From IMG/VR virus record IMGVR_UViG_3300043411_002794, positions 128,195 through 192,194 of that record: a stretch of DNA of 64,000 nt. One strand, given 5' to 3'. This document shows positions 43,415 through 52,305 of the stretch, piece by piece. The position numbers were made by a program, and so were the translations under genes. Each line of letters opens with the position of its first letter. The stretch's first letter is position 1. A model generated the notes under the pieces. It did not search any database and was not told where the DNA came from. It was given only the letters and a program-made list of their open reading frames with translations. The stretch is from a virus.

Positions 43415-44518
43415 TTAGGCCTGAAACAACGGCGGGATCACGGCCGTCAGTATCCCGGCGAAAATCCCGGCGTCCTGCAGCTTGTCTTGTGCCTGCGGCG
43501 CCAGCCCGGCCAGGGCACCGATAGCCTTTCCCGCCAGGGTCGCGGCGGCCAGCCCGCCAGCGGCACCGGCGACACCGCGAACAAGACTGTCAACGCTAAT
43601 GAGCGACGATCCGAGTTGCTGCGCGACTCCTGATGTAATGGCGGTCGTCGCGGCCGCAACTTGCGGAGGTGTGTGCAGTTGCTGCGTGTTGTCGCCCCAC
43701 GGGCTCTTAGATCCGTAGGGATTGAACTCGGCCGACATGACGCCCTTCCGTGCATCTCGCCAGACCATGCGATTGAACGCATCGACGGGAATGCTGGGGA
43801 TTCCGATGTTACCCCCCAATCCCGTCATGCCGAAGGCGAGCTTTTCCAACATCGCTGGAACCGGCACACCGCGAAGCAGCTCGGCGGCCTTTGCTGTCGG
43901 ATAGTCGCTGCTGATGAGTCCTTGCGCGGGGTTCGTACCATCGACGCGGCCGTAGAGATCCGCCTTGTACAGGCCAGGGATCGCGCCGACGGCTGCGCCG
44001 GTCAGTCCGAGCGTCTTCCGCAGCTTCCCTCGCTCCATGTAGCGATCGGGGAAGAGGTGCTCCATCACGGTCCCGGCGCCGTAGCCCAGCGTGCCTGCCA
44101 GCAACGAGCCGACGATCGCGTCGGTCAACGGGTACGGGCCGCCGATCGCCTTCCCGGCCGTCTGATAAGCTTGCCGGGGATCGAGCCAGTTCGCCGCGGC
44201 GGTCTTCACCGGGACGTTGTCCTTGGGGACCCACTCGCGATCGATCCAGATGTTTTCAACACCCCGCACGTCTTTGAGTCGGTTGTGCCAGGCGTTCTCC
44301 GCCGCAGCGTCGGCTTTGTCGGGCAACGAGATGTTGAGCGTCTTGCGCTGCTTGTCCCAGTAAACGCGGGTGTCGGCGGTATGCGGCAGGCCGACCAGCA
44401 GCTTGCGGACGGAGCCGGCAACGAACGCAGCCTCTTTCAACGAAGCCACGACCATCCCGGGAACTTCCTCCCAGGCGTTCAGCTCGGCGGCGACTTTGAT
44501 TGTGGTAAGGGCATCCAT
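43415..44518 (-). CDS. Glycine-zipper virion-internal protein (putative)
   Basis: 367 aa; KVAA, KEAA, KTAA, KLAF; several Gly/Ala-rich hydrophobic helices. Confidence 0.75.
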   Translation of the reverse strand: MDALTTIKVAAELNAWEEVPGMVVASLKEAAFVAGSVRKLLVGLPHTADTRVYWDKQRKTLNISLPDKADAAAENAWHNRLKDVRGVENIWIDREWVPKDNVPVKTAAANWLDPRQAYQTAGKAIGGPYPLTDAIVGSLLAGTLGYGAGTVMEHLFPDRYMERGKLRKTLGLTGAAVGAIPGLYKADLYGRVDGTNPAQGLISSDYPTAKAAELLRGVPVPAMLEKLAFGMTGLGGNIGIPSIPVDAFNRMVWRDARKGVMSAEFNPYGSKSPWGDNTQQLHTPPQVAAATTAITSGVAQQLGSSLISVDSLVRGVAGAAGGLAAATLAGKAIGALAGLAPQAQDKLQDAGIFAGILTAVIPPLFQA

Positions 44519-44530
44519 GCCGGGCCTCCG

Positions 44531-45157
44531 TTAAGCGGGCGGCCGTAGCGTACGCGATAACGCCGACTTTACCAACGGAGAAGGACGTGCCAGGGCTGCC
44601 TTGAGCGCCGGAGAGACATTTTCCCAGGCCAGCGGACACGGATCCAGGTGCCGCACGAAGTCGAGCAGTGAGGCGGCCTTGGAAGTCGGATTGCTTCGCA
44701 AAACGCCGACTTTCCGCACGGCGAAGGTGATGTGAAATTCGTACGTGTCGTTGGGCAGACTGCTCAGCCCGTACGTCCGTCGCAATGCCTTGAGCTCGGG
44801 ACTCTGCACTTCGATAAACCAGACGCGGCTAACACCATCCCAAGTACCCGGCACCACGGTCTTCACCGGCCCGAGCGTGTAGTGAAAGTCCTTGCCGCGT
44901 TCGGTGATCTTGTCGATGCCGCCGATCTGCTGCAGCTCTTCGGGACGCATCACGCTGATATGCGCGTTGTACGTCTCCGCGTCGCCGCTGGTCGGCAGCG
45001 AGATCCCGGGTTCATTGAGCGCCTTGAACGCAGCCCGACCAATGTCGTTTGGGGCCTGGAGCAGCAGCCAGCCGCTCTTAGAGGCGTACAGCTTACCGGC
45101 CAGCCCATACGACAACTCCGGCGCGCCCGCCGCCTTAATTGGCTCGGAGTGAATCAA
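44531..45157 (-). CDS. 2H phosphoesterase (LigT/Acb1-like fold)
   Basis: Two HxS/T motifs, HISV and HITF; TTG start at 45157 with AAGGAG RBS at 7-nt spacing. Confidence 0.8.
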   Translation of the reverse strand: MIHSEPIKAAGAPELSYGLAGKLYASKSGWLLLQAPNDIGRAAFKALNEPGISLPTSGDAETYNAHISVMRPEELQQIGGIDKITERGKDFHYTLGPVKTVVPGTWDGVSRVWFIEVQSPELKALRRTYGLSSLPNDTYEFHITFAVRKVGVLRSNPTSKAASLLDFVRHLDPCPLAWENVSPALKAALARPSPLVKSALSRTLRPPA

Positions 45158-45701
45158 AGATCGGCTCCTTCGGGACGTTGTCAGGCCGAATGAACGCAAC
45201 AAACTCCGGCGCACCGTCGACCATGAACCCGCGGCAAAAAATGGACACGTGCAACGACGTGCCGTCTTTCTTTTTGGCGTCGCCGTCAAAGTGCGATTTC
45301 ACTTCGCGCGTCTGTGCCGTAAATTTCTGCGGCGCCTTTGCCATGTATTCGACGTGTGTTTTCCGAAACGCGTCGGCGACCAGTAACGAAGACGGTTTGC
45401 CGAGCAACTCGGCAGGCTTATAGCCGAGCATATCGGCCAGCGTCTTATTCACCGCGGTAATGTTGCCGCGACTATCACACACCACGGCACCGACGGGCGA
45501 GCTGTCCATAACTATCCCGAAACGACGCTGCTGCATTTTCAGCAATTCTTCGTACTCGTCGACCTTGGCCTTGAGTTCGTTCTCTCGCGACAGTTGTGCG
45601 TCGCGGACGTACGAAAAACGGTAGCCGTTGACGATGATGAGTACGATCATCACCACGAGCATACCGCCGGCTAGTAAAAACCGCGGACTACGCTTGTTCA
45701 T
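45135..45701 (-). CDS. Membrane-anchored single PAS-domain protein (FixL-like, possibly heme-binding)
   Basis: TM helix and coiled coil, then PAS (DSRGNITAVNKTLADMLGYKPAELLGK...KKDGTSLHVSI); His in FRKTHVEYM at the FixL ligand position; no output domain. Confidence 0.85.
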   Translation of the reverse strand: MNKRSPRFLLAGGMLVVMIVLIIVNGYRFSYVRDAQLSRENELKAKVDEYEELLKMQQRRFGIVMDSSPVGAVVCDSRGNITAVNKTLADMLGYKPAELLGKPSSLLVADAFRKTHVEYMAKAPQKFTAQTREVKSHFDGDAKKKDGTSLHVSIFCRGFMVDGAPEFVAFIRPDNVPKEPIFDSLRAN

Positions 45702-46054
45702 CCTTCTCCTCCGGGCTGTTCGCCCTTGCCGTTTTGCCCGTTCTTATTACTGCCTATGCGCAAGCTGAACCCGCCATTCTCCTGCACAGTTCGCCAGAGA
45801 TCGAAGATGCTGACGCCGCCCAGGCCGCCGGCAGCACTTACGCCGAGCAAAAAATAAATGTTCCCCTCTTCGCGATACTTGTTGTACCAGATCAGCGCGA
45901 TCGTGATACCGGTCATGCCGCTGTAGAGCACAGCGGCAACCACGGCCTTTTTCGTCAACTTTTTCGTGCTATGGAGCAGCCCGGCCAGTCCTCCGACCGC
46001 AGCTAAAGCGAAGGCACTCAACATCACACGCAAAGGATCAAACTGCTCTTCCAT
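45698..46054 (-). CDS. Holin-like three-TM protein
   Basis: 118 aa; three hydrophobic helices and a charged hydrophilic tail; ATGA overlap with the PAS gene. Confidence 0.65.
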   Translation of the reverse strand: MEEQFDPLRVMLSAFALAAVGGLAGLLHSTKKLTKKAVVAAVLYSGMTGITIALIWYNKYREEGNIYFLLGVSAAGGLGGVSIFDLWRTVQENGGFSLRIGSNKNGQNGKGEQPGGEG

Positions 46055-46344
46055 GAAATTTCCTTTGCAACACAGTTTGCGTCCCTGAGATCCCCTTCCT
46101 CAGGTCCAGACGCCGAGGTTACCCCCAGCGTTAATTGCAACAACCAGTACGGCGTCCCCGCCGTAGACACCGATCGTTACTCCTCCAAGCCCCGGGTCGC
46201 GGCCTTAACCATGACCAGAGGCGTCCCGGTATGAACCTATGCATCCTGCATCGAGCTCGTACCTCCTAACCAGCCAGTGTCATGACTAACGCACCGTGTG
46301 CCGTCGAATGATAAAAAAGCGGCCGCAGAAAACCAAGAGACGTT

Positions 46345-47493
46345 CTACTCCCAGGCAGAAAGGGTTTCACAGACATTGGATACGGCCGCCGAAGTCGTAA
46401 AGGGAGAGATCGCGAGATAGATGCCATGCTGCTGTACGTGGCGGGCGTTCGTAAGCGGTGACAGGTTCCGAATACCAAATCGCTGCATAAACGGCTGCAT
46501 CGCTAAATTTCCGGCAACAATCGGCCTCGTGGCAATCTCAGCCAGCTGGAAATGATTCACCAATGCGTGCCGGCGTGCAACGCCACCTTCTGCAAGCACC
46601 AGCGGATACGCGAACCAAGAATGACGACCTTCGCCGATTTTATATCGTAAAAATCCATCCGGCGTGGCTTGACGAATCTGCGTGGCAATGTTGAACCGAC
46701 GCGTCTGCCACTCCTCAACAAAGGGTAGTTGTTTAAGGCCCAGCTCCCCTTGAATCTCCATCGGTCGGACGTTGTAGCCGAGCGTCGGGAACAAGAACCG
46801 TGGATCCAATTCCGGATGGCGATCCGCCCAAAACTTCATCCGCTCCGCCCCGAGATCCCGGATCCAGCCATGCGCGCGCTGCATCACGAGTTCTTCGTAC
46901 AGCTCCGGTGAATTCGTCGTCACCATCCCGCCCTCGATCGTGACGAGGTGGTGGCTATAGAAGAAGCTGAACGTACCCATGTCGCAGTCGGAGCCGACAT
47001 GCCGACCTGTGCCGAACGTATCGCGACCTGCCGGGCCGTAGTGCGTGCCGAGTGCTTCACAGCAGTCCTCGATCACATACTTGAACGTGCCTGTGTCCAC
47101 TTGGGGCGGCTGCCCGAGCAAATGGCAGTTGAACAGCACATCGCACCGCTCGTCGACGTGCTGGCGAAGCACCAGCGTCGAGAGATCTACGTCGAGCAGA
47201 ATCGGCTTCAACCCGAGCTGCACGACCGGGGCGATCGTGGTACTCCAGTTGACGGCCGGAATACCGACCGTCTCGATCTCCGGGTGCAGCGTCTTGAGTG
47301 CGCTGATCGACAACAGGTTGGCGGACGAGCCGCTGTTGACCATAACGGCGTACTCGGTACCGACATATCGGGCAAACTCGGTCTCAAACGCTTTCACGAA
47401 CCGGCCCATCGACAACTCGCCGGAACGAATGCACTCCAGTTGCTGCAGCGTTTCCGGGCCGAAGGGCGGGTTAGGTACTAGCTGGTCCTTCAT
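46345..47493 (-). CDS. colD: DegT/DnrJ-family PLP/PMP enzyme, ColD-like NDP-4-keto-6-deoxyhexose 3-dehydratase
   Basis: VNSGSSAN, IEDCCEALG, SFFYSHHLVTIEGG (His in place of the Schiff-base Lys), AHGWIR. Confidence 0.75.
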   Translation of the reverse strand: MKDQLVPNPPFGPETLQQLECIRSGELSMGRFVKAFETEFARYVGTEYAVMVNSGSSANLLSISALKTLHPEIETVGIPAVNWSTTIAPVVQLGLKPILLDVDLSTLVLRQHVDERCDVLFNCHLLGQPPQVDTGTFKYVIEDCCEALGTHYGPAGRDTFGTGRHVGSDCDMGTFSFFYSHHLVTIEGGMVTTNSPELYEELVMQRAHGWIRDLGAERMKFWADRHPELDPRFLFPTLGYNVRPMEIQGELGLKQLPFVEEWQTRRFNIATQIRQATPDGFLRYKIGEGRHSWFAYPLVLAEGGVARRHALVNHFQLAEIATRPIVAGNLAMQPFMQRFGIRNLSPLTNARHVQQHGIYLAISPFTTSAAVSNVCETLSAWE

Positions 47494-47821
47494 GAGCTTT
47501 CCATGCCTCGTGGTTGTGCAATCGCGGGCGGCAGTCGGCTAACAGGATCTGCCGCGGACGCCACCGCATGCCGCGAAAACATTGAATTCCTACAACTTTG
47601 GTGACGGGATCATAAAAGCGAACAACTACATAGTGGCTCCGTCCAGCAGGTACATTCTTGGCGAAGACTTCCTCTCCGCATTTTGGAATCCATCCGGACG
47701 GAAACGGCCTCGCAAATACCTCCGCCAGCTCCGCCCCTTCTTTCCTAGCCTTCGATAACTGAGCCTTCCTGGCTGCGCGTTCCGGCGTCTCCCTCGCCAG
47801 CGGTCGCGTTACTCGCGGCAT
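47471..47821 (-). CDS. Small basic hypothetical protein
   Basis: Fills the gap between the GT and ColD-like genes; start uncertain (overlaps the upstream gene). Confidence 0.4.
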   Translation of the reverse strand: MPRVTRPLARETPERAARKAQLSKARKEGAELAEVFARPFPSGWIPKCGEEVFAKNVPAGRSHYVVVRFYDPVTKVVGIQCFRGMRWRPRQILLADCRPRLHNHEAWKAHEGPAST

Positions 47822-48563
47822 ACGTGCTCCAGTCGGTAAGGTTGATCTCTTCCGGCCAGACTTCGTCCAACCCGCAGATCTCAGGGTGGGCATCGTACCA
47901 CGCCTTCACAGAACCCCGCCACCGTTCGCAATACTCCTGTCGCGTGCCGAGTTCGTCTCGGCCCTTCCCGGCCTCGTGCGTGATCTGCAGATCGTCGACC
48001 ACGATGTTCTGCAGACCGAGCATGCGAGCGCGAATGCTAATCGCCCGATCGATGTGGCCGTAGTATTCCATCGGACACAGGTTCACCATGTCTTGCAGCA
48101 GCCGCGGCCCGTACCACGGCGCGATCGTCTCAATGAAATTGCATCGCCGGGCGCCGGTGCCTTGCTTTTCCATCGTCGGCCAGACCGTGCCGCCGAGTTT
48201 GATCGCCGGAGTGATGATCCCGCGGCGATGCGCACTGATGTCTTGAACGGCGGCCGCCAGTTGCTGAATGAAGTTCGGGGCGTAGTCGTAGGTGTCGTTG
48301 TTGATCATGCCCACGAGATCGTACCCGGCCACCTGCGGCTGTCCGCAGAGCAGCTGTTTCAAGACGTAATCGATCATGCCGCCGTGTCCGCGATTGTCGG
48401 AGCCGATATGCTGCGTGTGCGGCGTCTGCGGGATCAGATCTTCCCGGCTGTTGTCCAGAATCACCAGCTTGTGCCAGTCGGGACAGCCGATCAACAGCTC
48501 GTTGTAGCAACGCATCGTGCGGGCGGGCGTGTTGTACGAAAAGATGACGGTCAGGATCTTCAT
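47745..48563 (-). CDS. Glycosyltransferase, GT2/GT-A fold
   Basis: ILTVIFSYN, VILDNS, MINND motifs. Confidence 0.75.
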   Translation of the reverse strand: MKILTVIFSYNTPARTMRCYNELLIGCPDWHKLVILDNSREDLIPQTPHTQHIGSDNRGHGGMIDYVLKQLLCGQPQVAGYDLVGMINNDTYDYAPNFIQQLAAAVQDISAHRRGIITPAIKLGGTVWPTMEKQGTGARRCNFIETIAPWYGPRLLQDMVNLCPMEYYGHIDRAISIRARMLGLQNIVVDDLQITHEAGKGRDELGTRQEYCERWRGSVKAWYDAHPEICGLDEVWPEEINLTDWSTYAASNATAGEGDAGTRSQEGSVIEG

Positions 48564-49075
48564 GATACTTTCCGAAGGTTAGTGACACGGGACGGAAGAA
48601 TGACGCGAAGTCGCTGTGGCCAGCGGGCAATGAAGGCCCCAAGCGGATTGGCCAGCTTATGGTTAAACCACGGCCGCCGTCGCTGTAGTCGCACATCGTC
48701 GGCGTGGAATAAGAAGAAATCGGTCGGCTGCAGCTCGGCCGCCAGGTGCAGATGCCCGTGGCGAAATGCGCCGGTGCACAGCGGCTCGGTCTCCGGCATG
48801 CTGAGCTGCGGCTGCAACACGAGCATCCAACCTTCGCGGCCCAGCATCTTGATGCCGGTTTCCAGCGGGCAGCCGCGATTGAGCGGTACGTCGGTGACGA
48901 AACAGCGGACGCCCCGCGAATAGTAATCGCGGCAAAGTAGTTGCGTCTTATGATCCGCAGGATGCGTGACCACAAGTAGCGAAGCGAGTTGGCGTACGTT
49001 CTGCGGTAGGGCGGCTGCGAGAACCTCGTCCTCTCCATAACACCAAACTAAACCGCGAACGGGGCTAATCGTCAT
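48560..49075 (-). CDS. Degenerate GT-A-like protein
   Basis: LPQN...LLVVT...D..T..LC N-terminal pattern; no clear DxD; start moved to MTISPV. Confidence 0.45.
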   Translation of the reverse strand: MTISPVRGLVWCYGEDEVLAAALPQNVRQLASLLVVTHPADHKTQLLCRDYYSRGVRCFVTDVPLNRGCPLETGIKMLGREGWMLVLQPQLSMPETEPLCTGAFRHGHLHLAAELQPTDFFLFHADDVRLQRRRPWFNHKLANPLGAFIARWPQRLRVILPSRVTNLRKVS

Positions 49076-49159
49076 GATCGACTCCGTTTGTCGCTTTGTA
49101 ACCGTCGTGGTACTCTGCGGCAACTCGCAACAGCCTACAATATCCCTCACGAGTGGCAA

Positions 49160-49882
49160 ATGGATCCGCTGATTCGTGCCGTCATGATCACCGGCAAGCC
49201 GGGACGCGAATACTTAGCCCGCATGGCGATCACGTCCTTCCTCGAGCAGAAGTATCCGCGCAAACAACTCCTTATCGTCAACGACGGCGAACCGCTGCTC
49301 AAAGATCCCGTCGAAGACGTGATCGAACACCGGATCCCCGGCGGACTGACGCTCGGCGCCCTCCGCAATCTGGCCCTCGATCTCTCCCCGCCTGAGGTCG
49401 ACTACCTCGTGCAATGGGACGACGACGATTATTCACACCCGCAACGGCTTCGCTGGCAAATCGATGCCACGCCGACAGGTGCGGCCAGCGTGCTCCGTTA
49501 CACGACCAATATCTGCCTCGGCCGCAAAGCACCGCGGATCTGCACGCCGACGCGCGTTCCCGGATACGGCTTTGCCGGTACGATCATGCACCCGGCAAAA
49601 ACCGCCTTCCGGTATCCCGAAGAAGCCAAAGGCGAAGATTCAAAATTCTCGCGGCAATGGAGGAATGCCGGACGCATGCACGTGCTGCATAACGTCCAGA
49701 TGCCCGCACTCTATCTGCGGTTCTTCCACGGAAATAACACATGGTCGGAGCGGCATATCCTGGGCTTCCCGCGGGCTCCCATTTCACTCTCGCCCACAGA
49801 ACGCACCCGCGTGCTCAAGCTCGTCAACACGTACGCTAATGCTTCTGCAAAATCATGCAGTCGTGGACCAGGCGAATCTTAG
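49160..49882 (+). CDS. Glycosyltransferase family 2 (only + strand gene)
   Basis: SFLEQKYPRKQLLIVND, TLGALRN, QWDDDD, GED motifs. Confidence 0.85.
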   Translation: MDPLIRAVMITGKPGREYLARMAITSFLEQKYPRKQLLIVNDGEPLLKDPVEDVIEHRIPGGLTLGALRNLALDLSPPEVDYLVQWDDDDYSHPQRLRWQIDATPTGAASVLRYTTNICLGRKAPRICTPTRVPGYGFAGTIMHPAKTAFRYPEEAKGEDSKFSRQWRNAGRMHVLHNVQMPALYLRFFHGNNTWSERHILGFPRAPISLSPTERTRVLKLVNTYANASAKSCSRGPGES

Positions 49883-50462
49883 CGCAGTGTTCCAGTAGGT
49901 ACACGATCGCCTTCCGCGTCGTCGGCTCGTCGTGCCCGTCGGTCCACCATACGTCGTCGAAGAAGACGATCCCGCCGGACTGCACCTTCGGTAACCACAG
50001 CGTGGCGTCCTTGTAGGCCGGCAGCTCCGCGTGGTTGCCGTCGATATGCAGCATGCCAATCGACGCGTCGGCAAAGGAGTTGACGACGTTCTCGGCCTTA
50101 TCGCGAATCAGGTGGCAATACTGCGCGACGCCGTACTTCTTGATGTTGCCTTCGCAATGACGGTAAACCGACTCCAGGTCTTGCTTGCCCCACCATTCGA
50201 TGTTGCGGCTGTCGTTCATCTCTTCCAGGGCCGCGTCGGTCTTCCACGGGTCAATACCGACGACCCGCCCCTTACCGAGATCCTTGAGCGCCAACGCCTG
50301 CGGGATCAACGAACTGCCGCCGAAGACGCCGAGCTCGACGCACAACTCCGGCTGACGCGACAGGATTGTTTCTACGAGGGCCTGGGCCTTCTCCGGCTTG
50401 CACCAACCAGAGATCTCCGGCAGGGCCTTCGAGACTTCGGCGAGGACGGAATCAAGCGACAT
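49836..50462 (-). CDS. Class I SAM methyltransferase (Methyltransf_24-like)
   Basis: VELGVFGGSS, GIDPW, LHIDGNH, GGIVFFDD. Confidence 0.88.
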   Translation of the reverse strand: MSLDSVLAEVSKALPEISGWCKPEKAQALVETILSRQPELCVELGVFGGSSLIPQALALKDLGKGRVVGIDPWKTDAALEEMNDSRNIEWWGKQDLESVYRHCEGNIKKYGVAQYCHLIRDKAENVVNSFADASIGMLHIDGNHAELPAYKDATLWLPKVQSGGIVFFDDVWWTDGHDEPTTRKAIVYLLEHCAKIRLVHDCMILQKH

Positions 50463-51534
50463 ATTGCTTCCACTCCGGGGTGTTGCGAAGGGCCGCCCAT
50501 TGGGCCTTCAAATCGAAGGTCGGCGTGCCCTTCCAGATGGTCAGCTTATCCGCGTGCTCGGGAGCCAGCGGATCAAAGAACCGATACTTGAGCGTGTCGG
50601 CCTGAATGATGGCAAAGTGCTCCGGGGTCAGCGGATTTTTGTTCGCGACGATGTCGAGTAACTCTCCACCACAGCGATACATCCCGTGATTTTCGACGGC
50701 AATGAAGTTGTCGATCCGCTTACGGATAATCGCCGGTTGCGGCGTCTCCTGTCGATCCCCGCCATCCCGCACCTCACCAGGTATTTGTGCGGCGGCAGGA
50801 TCGTCGGCGTAACTGCCGTGGTCGAGAATGTACAGAAACCCTTCCGGATCCAGCGCAAAGGAACGGGACAACAGCCGCAGCCGGTTGCCGAAGTCGGCAT
50901 CCTCCAAGCTCTTGCAGCCATCCATTCGCTCGTTGTACCCGTTAAGCATCATCGCATCGGCCAGGGAGAACGACGTTCCGGCATAACACATGGCGCCGTG
51001 TCGATGCTGAATAGGCTGCTTGCCGCTCAATCGTTTCCAGCGGTGGTCGTTGACGTACTCATCACCGCAGATCGGCAGGTCCGGAATGCCGTCGCCAGCC
51101 GAGATCGACCGCAGCCGTTTGTGCAGAGCATGCATGTACCGCCCGCAAGACTTGTAATGATGCCAGTAGGCGGCCAGGAACTTTTGCGGGAAGAACTCGG
51201 CGTCGTCGCAGCTGATGCACAGCTCGCCGTCGGCCCACAGAATCCCGGTGTTCTTCGCGGCCGAGATGTAGCAGTAGCCCTGGTCATACCAGTAGCGGTG
51301 CTCCGGATGCACCGGCACGTGCTTCACCTTGAAGTTCTTCGTCGACTCTTCGCAGTACCGTCGGAAGGTCGCCTGATTGGCTTCGTGGTACGTGTCGACG
51401 TAAACCAGTTCGAAGTCCTGGAACGATTGATTCTCCAGGTTCCACAGCAGCGCGTTGAAATAGCTGGGCAACCCCTGCGAAGCCAGGAAGTCGTCCACGG
51501 ACGCAGTGTGAATCAGTAAGCTGACTTTCGGCAT
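50452..51534 (-). CDS. GT2-like glycosyltransferase
   Basis: QSFQDFELVYVD, AAKNTG, CDDAE, NGYNERMDG...EDADFG. Confidence 0.75.
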   Translation of the reverse strand: MPKVSLLIHTASVDDFLASQGLPSYFNALLWNLENQSFQDFELVYVDTYHEANQATFRRYCEESTKNFKVKHVPVHPEHRYWYDQGYCYISAAKNTGILWADGELCISCDDAEFFPQKFLAAYWHHYKSCGRYMHALHKRLRSISAGDGIPDLPICGDEYVNDHRWKRLSGKQPIQHRHGAMCYAGTSFSLADAMMLNGYNERMDGCKSLEDADFGNRLRLLSRSFALDPEGFLYILDHGSYADDPAAAQIPGEVRDGGDRQETPQPAIIRKRIDNFIAVENHGMYRCGGELLDIVANKNPLTPEHFAIIQADTLKYRFFDPLAPEHADKLTIWKGTPTFDLKAQWAALRNTPEWKQYVA

Positions 51535-51536
51535 CG

Positions 51537-51737
51537 TTACTTCTTACGCGAGGAGGTGGCGGCAAACCCGACGATCAAAAAGAGGGCGAACACAATACCG
51601 ACCGTTACGAAGAGCGCGGTGTCGTCGATATGCCCGCCCGGCCCGTCGCTGTCGTTGATCGCCGCCATGTTCGCCGGATTCATCGGCGAGATCGGGTTGG
51701 TCGGATTCAAGAAATTAGAGGGAGAACTGAAGTCCAC
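51537..51737 (-). CDS. Small membrane protein with NPxNP repeats
   Basis: 66 aa; NPTNPISPMNPAN; C-terminal TM helix with basic tail. Confidence 0.6.
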   Translation of the reverse strand: MDFSSPSNFLNPTNPISPMNPANMAAINDSDGPGGHIDDTALFVTVGIVFALFLIVGFAATSSRKK

Positions 51738-51741
51738 GTGG

Positions 51742-52305
51742 TTACCCTTTGTCTTTGATCAGCCACGCCACGATCTGTCGCATCGAGTCGCTGGTCACGT
51801 ACACGTCGAAGCCGAGCTCTTTCAGATCGGAGATCTTCGGCTGTGCGACGTACGCTTGATGTTTGTTGATCTTTTCAATCGCCGCCTGCTCGGGGCCGAC
51901 GTGATGCATCTCATCGGCCGACGAGATGAACACGGCCTTCTTCGCCACGCGGACGAGCTGCTCCAACGCCCGGCGAGTGTCCGGCACATGTTCGAGCACT
52001 TCGCAGCATTGCACGAAGTCGAACTCGTTGGCGGCGTAATGCTTGTCGAGCTCGCAAACATCGACGCCGATCTTCGTCGTCCAGTCGGGCGGCATATCCC
52101 GAATCCAGTGGATGTCACATGCCTCCTTGCGGACGATCCCGGCCGAGCTCTCCCAGTACTGCAGGTCGAACACGCCGCCATGCCCGGCGCCGACATCCAG
52201 GATCGAGTACCGCGGGACGTTTTTGAACACGCCCTTCGGTCCGTTGATCTTGGACTCGGGATACGGGTAATAATCGAACGCAGGAACGTCGGTGTAGATG
52301 GGCAT
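51742..52305 (-). CDS. Class I SAM methyltransferase
   Basis: ILDVGAGHGG, FDFVQCCEVLEHV; start MPIYTD via TGATG overlap. Confidence 0.85.
   Translation of the reverse strand: MPIYTDVPAFDYYPYPESKINGPKGVFKNVPRYSILDVGAGHGGVFDLQYWESSAGIVRKEACDIHWIRDMPPDWTTKIGVDVCELDKHYAANEFDFVQCCEVLEHVPDTRRALEQLVRVAKKAVFISSADEMHHVGPEQAAIEKINKHQAYVAQPKISDLKELGFDVYVTSDSMRQIVAWLIKDKG

Noticed and set aside
46055-46344. ~290-bp gap upstream of the holin-like gene as a riboswitch or small ORF
   Set aside because: Only short ORFs without a clear RBS, and no recognisable aptamer; it may just be a promoter region.
46345-47493. Annotation as a DegT-type aminotransferase
   Set aside because: The catalytic Lys position is His, which favours a 3-dehydratase.
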